Under the pieces are notes generated by a model. The model was not told the DNA's origin. It was given only the letters and a program-made list of their open reading frames with translations, and ran no database searches. This document shows positions 19,912 to 29,340 of a stretch of DNA of 64,000 nt, piece by piece (the first letter of the stretch is position 1; the number at the start of each line of letters is the position of its first letter). The stretch is from Candidatus Omnitrophota bacterium. GTDB lineage: Bacteria > Omnitrophota > Omnitrophia > Omnitrophales > Aquincolibacteriaceae. Location of the stretch: assembly GCA_903884815.1 (NCBI GenBank), contig CAISGE010000002.1, positions 109,955 to 173,954 of the forward strand, given 5' to 3'. A program made the translations under genes and the position numbers.

Positions 19912-20548
19912 CAGCGCTGGTTTTGACTTGGGAAAGCTTTTCTTTGATCCGCGCGACAGCCTGCGTCGCATCCTTTTCCAGGGTCAGAGCTTTAAGGTCG
20001 GAGAGGAAACGATCGGATTTTTCAAGCGCTTCATTGAATTCCTCCGCGGCGGGGATGCCCTCATCCAGCTTTCTTAAAAAAACACGCGCCCGGTAATCGC
20101 CTTTTTCGAGCGTGCCGAAGGCCTGACTGAACCTGAAAAAAGGCCCCGCGATCTTGTGCGAGATAAAAATGGTACCCCACGCGATCAGAACGAGAAGGAG
20201 GGAAAATTTCCAGAAAAGGGACCGGTTCGCTTCATTGAGGATTTCCTTGAAAACTTCACGCTGACGCTCCCCCAGCTTTTCGGTCGACTTAAAAAAGGAG
20301 AGGGAGGAGAAGCTCGGCGTACCGGGGGTGTGGCGCGCCTGCTCGTATTCCACCATCCGAGACGCGGTCACGAGATCGTTCAGCGTTTGCTCATCGGAAA
20401 AAGTATCCAGCACCTTGCTCCAGATGCCGAAATAGAGGCCGCCCATTGCAACGAGGTTGATCAGGAGGAGCGGGACCGTGACGGCCAGCATGAAGCGCGT
20501 TTGGAGCGGTCGATTAATGAAAAACTGCCTACGGCGATTTGGGTTCAT
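19904..20548 (-). CDS. Two-TM protein with HAMP-like segment
   Basis: RRRQFFI N-terminus, two TMs, ISHKIAGP..R motif. Confidence 0.75.
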   Translation of the reverse strand: MNPNRRRQFFINRPLQTRFMLAVTVPLLLINLVAMGGLYFGIWSKVLDTFSDEQTLNDLVTASRMVEYEQARHTPGTPSFSSLSFFKSTEKLGERQREVFKEILNEANRSLFWKFSLLLVLIAWGTIFISHKIAGPFFRFSQAFGTLEKGDYRARVFLRKLDEGIPAAEEFNEALEKSDRFLSDLKALTLEKDATQAVARIKEKLSQVKTSADA

Positions 20549-20590
20549 TGATTTTTCCCTCGATCTTCATACTATTGAAAAGGAAATCAT

Positions 20591-20619
20591 CTGTCAAAAC
20601 GTTATTCCTTGTATATAAT
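20591..20619 (+). promoter_or_regulatory. Sigma-70-type promoter for glmS
   Basis: ctgtca-N17-TATAAT. Confidence 0.55.
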
Positions 20620-20620
20620 A

Positions 20621-20688
20621 GCGTACGGCGTAAGGAGTACGGCGGGAAAAGATGCGCGTTGCGCCGTACCCCGTACGCCTTACTTTTT
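20621..20688 (+). repeat. Heptamer-based inverted repeat followed by T-run in the glmS leader
   Basis: gcgtacg gcgtaag gagtacg gcg ... cgc cgtaccc cgtacgc cttac ttttt. Confidence 0.65.
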
Positions 20689-20701
20689 CCGGAGGAAAAT
20701 C

Positions 20702-22546
20702 ATGTGCGGCATTATTGGTTATGTAGGTTATAGGAACACCGTGCCGGTCCTGATCACCGGGCTTGAGCGGCTCGAATACCGGGGCTATGACTCGGCCGGG
20801 ATCGCTTGCGTGGACCATCAGAAGGACGGGCTGATCCTCATTAAGGAAAAGGGGAAGCTCGGGGTCCTGAAGGAAAAACTCGGGGATTTCGCGATCGAGG
20901 CGCATATCGGGATCGGGCATACCCGCTGGGCCACGCACGGGGAACCCTCCCGCGCGAACGCCCACCCGCACGTGGATGCCTCAGGCAAGATCGCCCTCGT
21001 TCATAACGGAATTCTGGAGAATTACGCCGCCGTCAAAAGCATCCTCCAGAAAAAAAGAGTACGCTTTCTCTCCCAGACCGATACCGAGGTCGGTGTCAAT
21101 CTCATCGGCGCCTATTACCGGAAAACCGGCAAGCTTTTTGACGCGGTCAAGCGCGCGGTTCAGGAACTGCACGGCTATTTCGCGTTCGTTCTTTTTTCCA
21201 AAGAGGACCCCGAGACCTTGATCGCCTACAAAAGGTCGAATCCACTCGTGATCGGGCTCGGACAGGGAGAAAATTTCGTCGCGAGTGATGTGACGGCCTT
21301 GATCCCCTACACGCGGCAGGTGATCTACCTCGAAGACGAAGACCTGGCCGTGATCACGGCGCAAAAAATTTCCGTTTATTCCCTCAAGACCAAGACCTGG
21401 GTCAAGCGTCATCCGACCACGGTCCATTGGGATGTCTCGCAGGCCCAGAAGCAGGGGTTCCCGCATTTCATGCTCAAGGAAATGTATGAACAGCCGGAGG
21501 TCCTCAAGAACATTCTCGCCAAACGCACTCCTGGAAGCGGGGAGATCTTTTTTGACACGCTCGACAAGAAATTCCAGAAGCGTCTCCGGGAGATTGAACG
21601 GGTCTCCATGATCAGCTGCGGCACGGCGTATCACGCGGGCTTGGTCGGCGCCATCGCCCTCGAGCAGTACACGCGGCTTCCGTGTCGCACGCAGGTCTCC
21701 AGCGAATTCCGCTACGGGGATCCTATTCTGAACACCAAGGATCTGGTGGTCTTGATCACGCAGTCGGGCGAGACGGCCGATACCTTGGCCGCGCTTCGTG
21801 AAGCAAAAGCCAAAGGGGCCGCCACCTTGGCGGTGGTGAACGTAGTCGGAAGCACGATCGCGCGCGAAGCCGATGCGGTGATTTACACGCATGCCGGGCC
21901 CGAGATCGGCGTGGCTTCGACCAAAGCCTATATCGCCCAGCTGGCCACGCTTCTTTTGCTGGCTTTCTATATGGCGAAGATCCGCAAAACGATCTCTCCC
22001 GCGGATCTCAAGGAACTGCTCCGCGAATTTAAAAAAATGCCCCAGCATTGCGCCCGGGTTCTGAAAGATATCAAGAAATTCGAATCGTGTGCCGAGAAAC
22101 ATTATACCCGGCGCAATTTTCTTTATCTCGGGCGGGGCTGCAACTATCCGACCGCGCTTGAGGGCGCCTTAAAACTAAAAGAAATTTCCTACGCCCACGC
22201 ACACGGCTACGCGGCGGGGGAGATGAAGCACGGGCCGATCGCCTTGATCGATCACGAACAACCCGTGATCTGTATTGCTCCGGAATCCAAGACTTATGAC
22301 AAAATGATCTCGAACGTTCAGGAGATCCTCGCCCGGGACGGCATCGTGATCGCGATCGGAACCGACGGCCAGAAGGACCTTAAAAAAATGGCGGATGATT
22401 TTTTCGCGATCCCCCGGGTTCCGGAAATCCTTTCCGCGATCCTCACCGTTATCCCGCTCCAGTTTCTGGCGTATAAGATCGCCGTGCTGAACGGCAGGGA
22501 TGTGGACCAGCCGAGAAATCTGGCGAAGTCAGTCACCGTAGAATAA
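20702..22546 (+). CDS. glmS: Glutamine-fructose-6-phosphate aminotransferase
   Basis: MCGIIG start, LEYRGYDSAG, GHTRWATHG, C-terminal PRNLAKSVTVE. Confidence 0.98.
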   Translation: MCGIIGYVGYRNTVPVLITGLERLEYRGYDSAGIACVDHQKDGLILIKEKGKLGVLKEKLGDFAIEAHIGIGHTRWATHGEPSRANAHPHVDASGKIALVHNGILENYAAVKSILQKKRVRFLSQTDTEVGVNLIGAYYRKTGKLFDAVKRAVQELHGYFAFVLFSKEDPETLIAYKRSNPLVIGLGQGENFVASDVTALIPYTRQVIYLEDEDLAVITAQKISVYSLKTKTWVKRHPTTVHWDVSQAQKQGFPHFMLKEMYEQPEVLKNILAKRTPGSGEIFFDTLDKKFQKRLREIERVSMISCGTAYHAGLVGAIALEQYTRLPCRTQVSSEFRYGDPILNTKDLVVLITQSGETADTLAALREAKAKGAATLAVVNVVGSTIAREADAVIYTHAGPEIGVASTKAYIAQLATLLLLAFYMAKIRKTISPADLKELLREFKKMPQHCARVLKDIKKFESCAEKHYTRRNFLYLGRGCNYPTALEGALKLKEISYAHAHGYAAGEMKHGPIALIDHEQPVICIAPESKTYDKMISNVQEILARDGIVIAIGTDGQKDLKKMADDFFAIPRVPEILSAILTVIPLQFLAYKIAVLNGRDVDQPRNLAKSVTVE

Positions 22547-22565
22547 AATAAAAAGGAGACCTCTC

Positions 22566-23099
22566 ATGAAATGTCCTCGCACAGGCGCCAACATGAAAGA
22601 AGTCGAGATCAACAAGGTTAAGGTGGATATTTCCGAGGGATGTGGCGGCGTCTGGTTCGACAATCTGGAATTTGAAAAATTCGATGAGGCTCATGAAAAC
22701 GCGGGCGACAAACTGGTTGATTTGATGGCGTCTTTCGCGAAGGGGAAGGGACCGGTCGACCTGGACAAACGGATCAACTGCCCCCGTTGTGCGGACACGG
22801 TGCTGATGCGGCATTTTGAAAGTCCCCTCCGGAAGATCCAGATCGATCAATGTCCGGGATGCGGCGGGATCTGGTTGGATGCCGGGGAGCTGAAGGATTT
22901 CCGGAAGCTTTTTCCGACGGAAGCGGACCGGAAAAAAGCCGGCGACGAATTTATCGCGAAGTCCATCATGCCCATCCTTGAGGCCAAAGCCAAAGAGGGC
23001 CAGGAAGAGCTCGAAAAGGCCCGGCGTGTTGCCCACATGTTCCGCTTCATTTGTCCGAGTTATTACATCCCCGGGAAACAAGCAGGCGCCGCTTTTTAA
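22566..23099 (+). CDS. Double zf-TFIIB zinc-ribbon protein
   Basis: MKCP...CGGVWFDNLE and CPRC...CPGCGGIWLDAGEL. Confidence 0.88.
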   Translation: MKCPRTGANMKEVEINKVKVDISEGCGGVWFDNLEFEKFDEAHENAGDKLVDLMASFAKGKGPVDLDKRINCPRCADTVLMRHFESPLRKIQIDQCPGCGGIWLDAGELKDFRKLFPTEADRKKAGDEFIAKSIMPILEAKAKEGQEELEKARRVAHMFRFICPSYYIPGKQAGAAF

Positions 23100-23155
23100 A
23101 AACAGCTGGGGGCCTGCGGATGACGGCTCCCTTTTCCTTTGATGGACGAGGGGAA

Positions 23156-23746
23156 ATGCAAAGAAAAACAATAGCGTTCCTTTTTCTCGCCCTCCTGCTT
23201 TATCCCGCCACACTGCTTTTCTCCGAATCACCCCTGACTGTCACCCGCGTGATCGACAGTGATACCCTGGAACTTTCGAGCGGCGAAACCGTGCGCCTGA
23301 TCGGGATCGATTGTGATGAGCAGGAATACAGTCCAGCAGACGCGGCGTATCTTAACCGTGGCAAGAAGTGGGAACGCGGCCCAGATTCACTAAAACACGC
23401 CAAGGAAGCGGCGGAGTTCACTCGCAAGCTGGTGGAAGGCAAGAAGGTCAGACTAGATTACGATGTCCAGCGGAGGGATAAATACGGGCGATTGTTAGCC
23501 TATGTTTATGTCTTGGTATGCAACAACTGCGATGTTCTTAGGGCGGCAGAATATGAATATCTGGATATGATAGATCCGGACGAAAGCAATGCTGTTTGTA
23601 TCTTTCTTAATGCAACCCTCATCAAGGCTGGCTACGCCCAAGTCGTGACCGTCCCGCCGAGTGTGAAGTACGCTGACCTGTTCGTGAAGCTGGAGAAGGA
23701 AGCCAGGGGGAGGAAAAGGGGGTTGCGAAGTGAGGGTAAAATTTGA
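23156..23746 (+). CDS. Secreted thermonuclease (SNase) 1
   Basis: Signal peptide; VIDSDT, VRLIGIDCDE, DKYGRLLAYV, LIKAGYA, EKEAR..KRGL. Confidence 0.9.
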   Translation: MQRKTIAFLFLALLLYPATLLFSESPLTVTRVIDSDTLELSSGETVRLIGIDCDEQEYSPADAAYLNRGKKWERGPDSLKHAKEAAEFTRKLVEGKKVRLDYDVQRRDKYGRLLAYVYVLVCNNCDVLRAAEYEYLDMIDPDESNAVCIFLNATLIKAGYAQVVTVPPSVKYADLFVKLEKEARGRKRGLRSEGKI

Positions 23747-24861
23747 GCGAAGAACATATGCGGAAATACAAGTATGACAACTTCGGCAATGATCTTGCTT
23801 CTGAGCTCGGGCAGAAAGTTCGATGCACCCGATGTTTGGGGCCGTCCAGCATCAGGAAACAGGATGGCGGCGCCGTGAATAAAGAGCTTCCGTATGACAT
23901 GTATATACATTGGCAGTTATTAAGGGAGTGTAATTTTTCATGTGAATATTGTTATTCTTCCCCGCAGACCGGCCCGGCAAAAAAAGCGGATGTTGCGCGG
24001 ATAGTTCACCGGTTAGATGCTTTTGGGAAGACATCTCTTATTTCATTTACAGGAGGGGAACCTTTTCTTGTTCCGAATTTTATCGAGCTGGTGAAGGAAT
24101 TAACAAAAAGACATTATGTTCGCATCGATACGAATCTCAGCCTTTTAGCAGCTTGCGAGAGCTTTATCAAGGAGGTTGATCCGGAAAGGATTTGCGAGAT
24201 AGTTTTTTCGATTCATGCCGGAGAAAGGGAGAAACGCAAGATGCCGCTGCGGGACTTGTGCGCTCTTGTAAGAAAGTTCCGAGATCGCGGATTTATCATG
24301 ACGGGAAATTATGTCGTCTACCCCACGCTGTTGAAGAGGTTCTCGGATGACATGAAAATATTTCGAGAGAATGCGGTCAGTGTTTTGCCTAGTTTGTTTG
24401 TCGGAAGACAGGGCGGTAAAAATTATCCAATGCATGCCGGCAGGTTAGCTTACGAGCAAAACGCCTTTGATTTGATCTCAGGGATAAATCCAAAGGTAAA
24501 TCTCGTTTTAAACAGGAGCGTCGGCGAATTGTGCCCGGCGGGGGTAAATTCATTTTTTGTTAATTCCGATTATAAGGTTTTTGCCTGTGCGGCTATCCGG
24601 AGGGAAATAGGCGACTTTTGGGGGGATTGGAAGATGTTTCCCAAGGTCGTGCGGTGTCCGATGGAGTATTGTTACTGCCCATTTAATAAACCTTTTGTGG
24701 TGGGTCAGAGGACTCAAATACAGACTTCATTGCTGAAAGACGCTCTCCATCGGAACGGCGAGGCATCCGTTTGGCAATCTAGATTCTTAACAAGGGATAT
24801 GCGGAGAGGGGTAAAAAGGTTTGTCGAGCGCCTTGTTGAAAAGTTCTCGCTGCGTGAATAG
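23743..24861 (+). CDS. Radical SAM protein
   Basis: CNFSCEYC, SFTGGEP, DTN; Cys-rich C-terminal extension; start uncertain. Confidence 0.88.
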   Translation: MSEEHMRKYKYDNFGNDLASELGQKVRCTRCLGPSSIRKQDGGAVNKELPYDMYIHWQLLRECNFSCEYCYSSPQTGPAKKADVARIVHRLDAFGKTSLISFTGGEPFLVPNFIELVKELTKRHYVRIDTNLSLLAACESFIKEVDPERICEIVFSIHAGEREKRKMPLRDLCALVRKFRDRGFIMTGNYVVYPTLLKRFSDDMKIFRENAVSVLPSLFVGRQGGKNYPMHAGRLAYEQNAFDLISGINPKVNLVLNRSVGELCPAGVNSFFVNSDYKVFACAAIRREIGDFWGDWKMFPKVVRCPMEYCYCPFNKPFVVGQRTQIQTSLLKDALHRNGEASVWQSRFLTRDMRRGVKRFVERLVEKFSLRE

Positions 24862-24866
24862 GCTTT

Positions 24867-24914
24867 AAATTGCAGAAGGAAGCACGGGAACAGAAAAGGG
24901 GGATTTGGAAATGA
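24867..24914 (+). repeat. Thermonuclease 3'-end copy (junction repeat)
   Basis: Translates KLQKEAREQKRGIWK*; TGA overlaps ATG at 24911. Confidence 0.85.
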
Positions 24915-25384
24915 AGAAGTACTTGTTCGCGATCGCGGCATTGTGCCTGGCGGCCACCACCATTGCGGCGGAGAGTCGCGCATCAAACGGATCAACAGAG
25001 ACCCTTAAGAAGGTTAGATCGGTTCTGCCTCAAGGCTGGTTCATTGTCAAAGTTGTGAAAGGGCCGTCTTCTCCGAACCATTACGCGGAGGATGCACAAG
25101 AGGCTGTTGTTGTTTTGATCAGCAATCCATCAATCGATGCGAAAATGAAAAGTAAAGCCAAGATCGGGCCGTACGAGCTCTATCTGATGGACCTTCGCTA
25201 TAAAGAGAAAAGCCATACAGTCTCAGCTCTGCATCCGGAGGTCGCGGAACGGCCTGCGCGATACCTCGGCAGAAGTGAGCATTTTAAAATTTATTGGGGT
25301 GGGGGTATGTGGGGACTCGATCCTGTTGAAAAGAAACTTGAGGCTGACGTCAAACAAGCGTTGAGCATTGCTACGGAAAAGTGA
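24911..25384 (+). CDS. Secreted hypothetical protein
   Basis: Signal peptide MKKYLFAIAALCLAA. Confidence 0.75.
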   Translation: MKKYLFAIAALCLAATTIAAESRASNGSTETLKKVRSVLPQGWFIVKVVKGPSSPNHYAEDAQEAVVVLISNPSIDAKMKSKAKIGPYELYLMDLRYKEKSHTVSALHPEVAERPARYLGRSEHFKIYWGGGMWGLDPVEKKLEADVKQALSIATEK

Positions 25385-25396
25385 GGAGTCGTTAAA

Positions 25397-26356
25397 ATGA
25401 GGAAGCTATTATTCGTGATCACGGCGCTGTGCCTAGCGGCCTCGGCGGGGTATGGGGAGGAATCTTCCGGGAATTTCCCGTTCAGCAAGATCGAGAGGAG
25501 GGGCGGCGTGGTCCGCCTGCAACTTCCTGACCATGGATTCCGGTGGCTCATAGGTGTAAATACGGAAAACCGCGCGAAGCTCAGAAGGTCGAACTATTCG
25601 GAGGTCGTGGAGTTGAAGACCCGCGGGATCTTGGGTGGGGACAAGCTTTATATGATTGAAAAGCATCAACAGATCGTCATCGAACCTATTTTTCAGGGCA
25701 AAGCCCTTTTTTTAAAGCAAACCGTTAAAACGGATTTGCGTAGCATGGGCGGCTCCGTAAAGATTGAAAAATCCTTTATTCCCGTGCCGGACGAGGGAAA
25801 GCAGCTGCAAGCGAGCCTGGCGCCGGAGGGTTCTTTGGTTGTGAAACGCGTGATCGACGGTGATACCCTGGAACTTTCGAGCGGCGAAACTGTGCGTCTG
25901 ATCGGAATCGATTGTGAGGAAAACGAGTACAGTCCTGCCGAGGCGGTCTATCTTAACCAAGGAAAAAAATGGAAGCGCGCGCCGGGATCTCTGATGCACG
26001 CTAAGGCGTCGGCAGATTTCGCCCGCAAGCTGGTCGAGGGCAAGCAGGTTCGGTTGGAGTACGACGTTCAGAAGAAGGATAAGTCCGGCAGGACGCTGGC
26101 GTATGTTTATCTATTGCCAAGGCAGGCAGAGAATCATGACAAGACCGTTCTTGAATTCGGACGTTTTTTGGATGATGGTTATGGCGGGCCGGGAAAATCG
26201 AGCCTCGTCTTTATCAACGCCACCCTCATCAAGGCTGGCTACGCCCAAGGCATGACCTCCTCCAAGGATGCCATCCCGCCGAATGTGAAGTATCAGGAGT
26301 TGTTTGTGAAGCTGGAGCAGGAAGCCAGAGAAAATAAAAGGGGGTTGTGGAAATGA
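25397..26356 (+). CDS. Secreted protein: unknown N-terminal domain fused to thermonuclease (SNase 2)
   Basis: VIDGDT, VRLIGIDCEE, DKSGRTLAYV, ends ELFVKLEQEARENKRGLWK*. Confidence 0.9.
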   Translation: MRKLLFVITALCLAASAGYGEESSGNFPFSKIERRGGVVRLQLPDHGFRWLIGVNTENRAKLRRSNYSEVVELKTRGILGGDKLYMIEKHQQIVIEPIFQGKALFLKQTVKTDLRSMGGSVKIEKSFIPVPDEGKQLQASLAPEGSLVVKRVIDGDTLELSSGETVRLIGIDCEENEYSPAEAVYLNQGKKWKRAPGSLMHAKASADFARKLVEGKQVRLEYDVQKKDKSGRTLAYVYLLPRQAENHDKTVLEFGRFLDDGYGGPGKSSLVFINATLIKAGYAQGMTSSKDAIPPNVKYQELFVKLEQEARENKRGLWK

Positions 26357-26691
26357 AAAAACAGAAAAATCAGAACGTGGTAACACCAAGCAACGTCCTT
26401 TCTTCTTACGACCCAGTTAAAGTTGCCTTGGCAGAAGGAAATATATACGGAGCAGGCGCTTCGGGGAGATTCAAGAAGAGTTGGGTGACAAGGCTGGGTT
26501 TTATTCTTCTGGCGCTACCGTTTCTTGGCTACGCTATCTTTATGTTTCCTATGATTTATAAGAGCTTGTCTGAAGCCATCAACGTCAAAACAACTGAGGT
26601 TACACTGGCGGTCGGCATTGGAGGCATGCTTCTCGACTTATCCTGCCTTTGGCTGGGACTTAAATTAATCGCAGGTGCGTTAAAGAAATAA
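26353..26691 (+). CDS. Two-TM hypothetical protein
   Basis: ATG overlaps the SNase 2 stop; two hydrophobic segments. Confidence 0.7.
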   Translation: MKKQKNQNVVTPSNVLSSYDPVKVALAEGNIYGAGASGRFKKSWVTRLGFILLALPFLGYAIFMFPMIYKSLSEAINVKTTEVTLAVGIGGMLLDLSCLWLGLKLIAGALKK

Positions 26692-26703
26692 TAGGAGGGG
26701 GTT

Positions 26704-27153
26704 GTGGAAAAGAAAAGGTCAATAGGTGTAATGGTCATTTCTATAGTTAATTTGCTGGTAGGTTTGCCCGTGCTTTTTTTATGCCTCCGTTTTTTCATTT
26801 CAAATTATGAAAAGTTCATATCGCAGCTAGGTGATTTGTCTTTTTTCAGCGTTTTCGTTTTTATACTCTATGTTCTTATGGCGCTAACAGCTGTTTGTTT
26901 CCCCGTCCTATTTAGTTATGCGGGAATTTCAACTTATAATCTCAAGCCTGGTTCCGTAGCCCTCAATAAGGCTATCGCTAAATGGACGATTGTTTTCGTG
27001 GGGGGAGGCGAAGTTATTTTTGCGGTTACGCTTGCACCGCATCTAATGATTAGAATGGAATTCAGCCTTCTTGTGACGCTTGCCGCCGTGCTGTATTTTA
27101 TGTGGGTGCAAATGTATTTCACGCATCCCAAAGTTAAGGAGCAGTTCAAGTAA
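26704..27153 (+). CDS. Four-TM membrane protein, paralog 1 (ends YFTHPKVKEQFK)
   Basis: Hydrophobic; C-terminal motif shared with 30507 and 34426 genes. Confidence 0.75.
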   Translation: MEKKRSIGVMVISIVNLLVGLPVLFLCLRFFISNYEKFISQLGDLSFFSVFVFILYVLMALTAVCFPVLFSYAGISTYNLKPGSVALNKAIAKWTIVFVGGGEVIFAVTLAPHLMIRMEFSLLVTLAAVLYFMWVQMYFTHPKVKEQFK

Positions 27154-27218
27154 GGACCCCGAACCGCAAGGGGCCGCGGCAGGGAGCGCGGGAACAGAAA
27201 AGGAGGTTGTGGAGATGA
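27151..27218 (+). repeat. taaggaccccgaac spacer plus thermonuclease 3'-end copy
   Basis: 27183-27218 translates GAREQKRRLWR*; same layout at 30969-31039. Confidence 0.8.
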
Positions 27219-27496
27219 AAAGGATATTTGTAATAATATTAACATTAAGTATCTTGCTTGGAATTTCTGACGTTGCGTTTGCGAAGCACCATCATTCTAA
27301 AAAAGCAGAGGCCCCGAATAACAAAGAGGATCAAGGGAGGAAGGTGACGTGCCTCGTCAAGGGCGTCCCGCAAATGGTGAGGACAGAAGGCGTTTGTAAG
27401 GATTTTAACGGCACCGTGGTGCCCGAAAAAACTCCTCCAGGAGCAACGGCGGTGCCGGAGAAAAAAATAACGGCGCAAAAAATAGAAAGCAAATAG
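27215..27496 (+). CDS. Small secreted protein
   Basis: Signal peptide ending VAFA; Cys pair. Confidence 0.7.
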   Translation: MKRIFVIILTLSILLGISDVAFAKHHHSKKAEAPNNKEDQGRKVTCLVKGVPQMVRTEGVCKDFNGTVVPEKTPPGATAVPEKKITAQKIESK

Positions 27497-27537
27497 ATCC
27501 CTCGTTATGAATTGAAAATGATCAGAAAGGCAACTCT

Positions 27538-27741
27538 ATGACACGCATAATCTTTTTGGCAGCACTGGTTTTGACCTTCAGCGGTTGTTGCACTTCTCAG
27601 TCGGCGGCGGACTTGCAAATCAGCCAGGACGAGGCGAAGCTGACACGGATGTACCGCGAGTGCATTGAGAAGAATCTTGGCCATGGGGAAGCCATGAGGA
27701 AGGATTGCGAGCCGATCCTTGGCCCCTATGTAAGTCATTAG
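27538..27741 (+). CDS. Small lipoprotein
   Basis: Lipobox FSGC; 67 aa. Confidence 0.7.
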   Translation: MTRIIFLAALVLTFSGCCTSQSAADLQISQDEAKLTRMYRECIEKNLGHGEAMRKDCEPILGPYVSH

Positions 27742-27838
27742 AGGCGGGGGCGACGAAGGCGTTTAACCGGTTGGAGGGTGATGTTGAGTTCGGGGAGATG
27801 ATGGAGGATTAAAAGAGTAAGAAAAAAAGGAGGGTTCT

Positions 27839-28006
27839 ATGAACGGAAGTGATATGACAATGATCGTAACGTATATCGTCGGGAGTCTCCTTGTTTTTCT
27901 CGTTTGCAGAGAAATCGTGTGCTGGTATTTTAAAATGAATGAAGTCACGAAGTTGCTTCGGGAGATCAAGGAATGTTTGAAAAGCCATCCCTCCCTTAAG
28001 TCTTGA
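27839..28006 (+). CDS. Small membrane protein (55 aa; not in ORF track)
   Basis: RBS aggaggg; MNGSDMTMIVTYIVGSLLVFLVCREIVCWYFKMNEVTKLLREIKE... Confidence 0.65.
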   Translation: MNGSDMTMIVTYIVGSLLVFLVCREIVCWYFKMNEVTKLLREIKECLKSHPSLKS

Positions 28007-28090
28007 TGGGGGGGGGGAAGAGGCTGCTTCGGGATGCGGGCGTGCATCGTAGTTTATTAAAATGATGAGGCAGCTAAAGGAGAAGGCAAA

Positions 28091-28708
28091 ATGAAGCTAA
28101 AAACAATTTCTATTTTAGGATTGTTACTGGCGCTCAACATGGGCACCGTTTGGGCGGGACAGTATGTTTTTTCCGGGTATGGGAAACGAGTCTTGTTTGG
28201 TTCGATCGACAAATCTCGCATGTGTACCGTGAGCTTCTCTGTGGATGAGACGTTGCCATCGAGTGAAATTGTTGCGACCCTTCGGTTTACGAATACAGGC
28301 AATGCTCCGATGAAAGGCGATCCATTCTTCTCTCAAACAACGCAAATTGTTTCCAAGGATGAGAAGACCTATGAGGTGCCATGGGCGACTGGAATGGTGG
28401 AGTTGAAAGACGGAAGTAAATACGAGATTCCCGGCACAGTGACTCCCGAAAAGGTTGAAGATGTCGTGAAAAATCATCCCGAACTAAGAAAGCCGTCACC
28501 TTTTGAGACATTAGTGGCTCCTCTGGAGGATGACTCGGAGGAGGCTTCTAAAAACAAAGAAGTTCGACTTATTAACCCGGGCGGCATAGCGGAGAAGGTG
28601 CTGTATATCAAAGATCCGCTTATTCGGGCTGTGATAACATCAAATAATGTGAAGAGTGTCATTTTAAATTGCGGCATGGGAAAATTCGTTCTTACCCAAC
28701 AGTCTTAA
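28091..28708 (+). CDS. Secreted hypothetical protein
   Basis: RBS aaggag; signal peptide ending VWA. Confidence 0.75.
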   Translation: MKLKTISILGLLLALNMGTVWAGQYVFSGYGKRVLFGSIDKSRMCTVSFSVDETLPSSEIVATLRFTNTGNAPMKGDPFFSQTTQIVSKDEKTYEVPWATGMVELKDGSKYEIPGTVTPEKVEDVVKNHPELRKPSPFETLVAPLEDDSEEASKNKEVRLINPGGIAEKVLYIKDPLIRAVITSNNVKSVILNCGMGKFVLTQQS

Positions 28709-28791
28709 AACATGAGATGAAAACGGGCGTTTATCAAGAGGATGCGGCGGATTAAAGGAAGAAATAACAGGAGCCGTTGGGGAAGGACATA

Positions 28792-28920
28792 ATGCGCTAT
28801 GCCATTGGCCTGATAAGTAAGTTGGATGGTCCCACGATAATGTTTCTGGGCATTTTCTCCCTTACTATCATTGTCATTTGCATGGTTGGGATATCTTTTC
28901 CAAAGAAGCGGGGAAAATAG
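28792..28920 (+). CDS. Putative 42-aa single-TM protein (not in ORF track)
   Basis: RBS ggaagga; hydrophobic helix followed by PKKRGK*. Confidence 0.45.
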   Translation: MRYAIGLISKLDGPTIMFLGIFSLTIIVICMVGISFPKKRGK

Positions 28921-28998
28921 GAGAGGGAGAACCTACGAAGGAGAGGATATATGCTGTTCGGATGTTTCGTGACCAGAGCTGAGGATCAAAGCGGTGCT

Positions 28999-29253
28999 AT
29001 GATGCGGATAATTCTGTTGTTATCTGGGATTTTGTTTTTGGCGGGCTGTGCGACATCGACATCCCAAACTGCTTTTGTGGATGCCGGGGGGCATGCGTGC
29101 ACGAAAGCCTTTAAAAAAGTCGCGCCTTTTGGAATTGCGATCAGCGAAAGCGTCGAATGCTCGGAGATTGCTACTTTTGCTCCCGCCGAATCGTCCAAGC
29201 CCTCATCCCCGAGGAAAGCAAAACAAAAGAAACATTGGTTCTGGCCATTTTAG
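28999..29253 (+). CDS. Small lipoprotein
   Basis: Lipobox LAGC; ends KKHWFWPF. Confidence 0.7.
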   Translation: MMRIILLLSGILFLAGCATSTSQTAFVDAGGHACTKAFKKVAPFGIAISESVECSEIATFAPAESSKPSSPRKAKQKKHWFWPF

Positions 29254-29259
29254 GAGGAC

Positions 29260-29305
29260 AAGGATTGCGAGCCGGTCCTTGGCCCGTAGGGAAGTCATGA
29301 GAGGC
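29260..29305 (+). repeat. Duplicate of the 3' end of the 27538-27741 lipoprotein gene
   Basis: 41/46 nt identical to 27700-27745 by manual count. Confidence 0.85.
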
Positions 29306-29340
29306 AGAGTCGGGGAGCCGTAGAACCAAGCGAGGGGCGT

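Noticed and set aside
20615-20701. glmS ribozyme
   Set aside because: Leader is only about 80 nt and lacks the conserved ribozyme core.
22570-22600. Tn7 end (TGT about 25 bp after the glmS stop)
   Set aside because: The TGT is the Cys codon in MKCP of an intact gene with its own RBS; no TnsB-site repeats seen.
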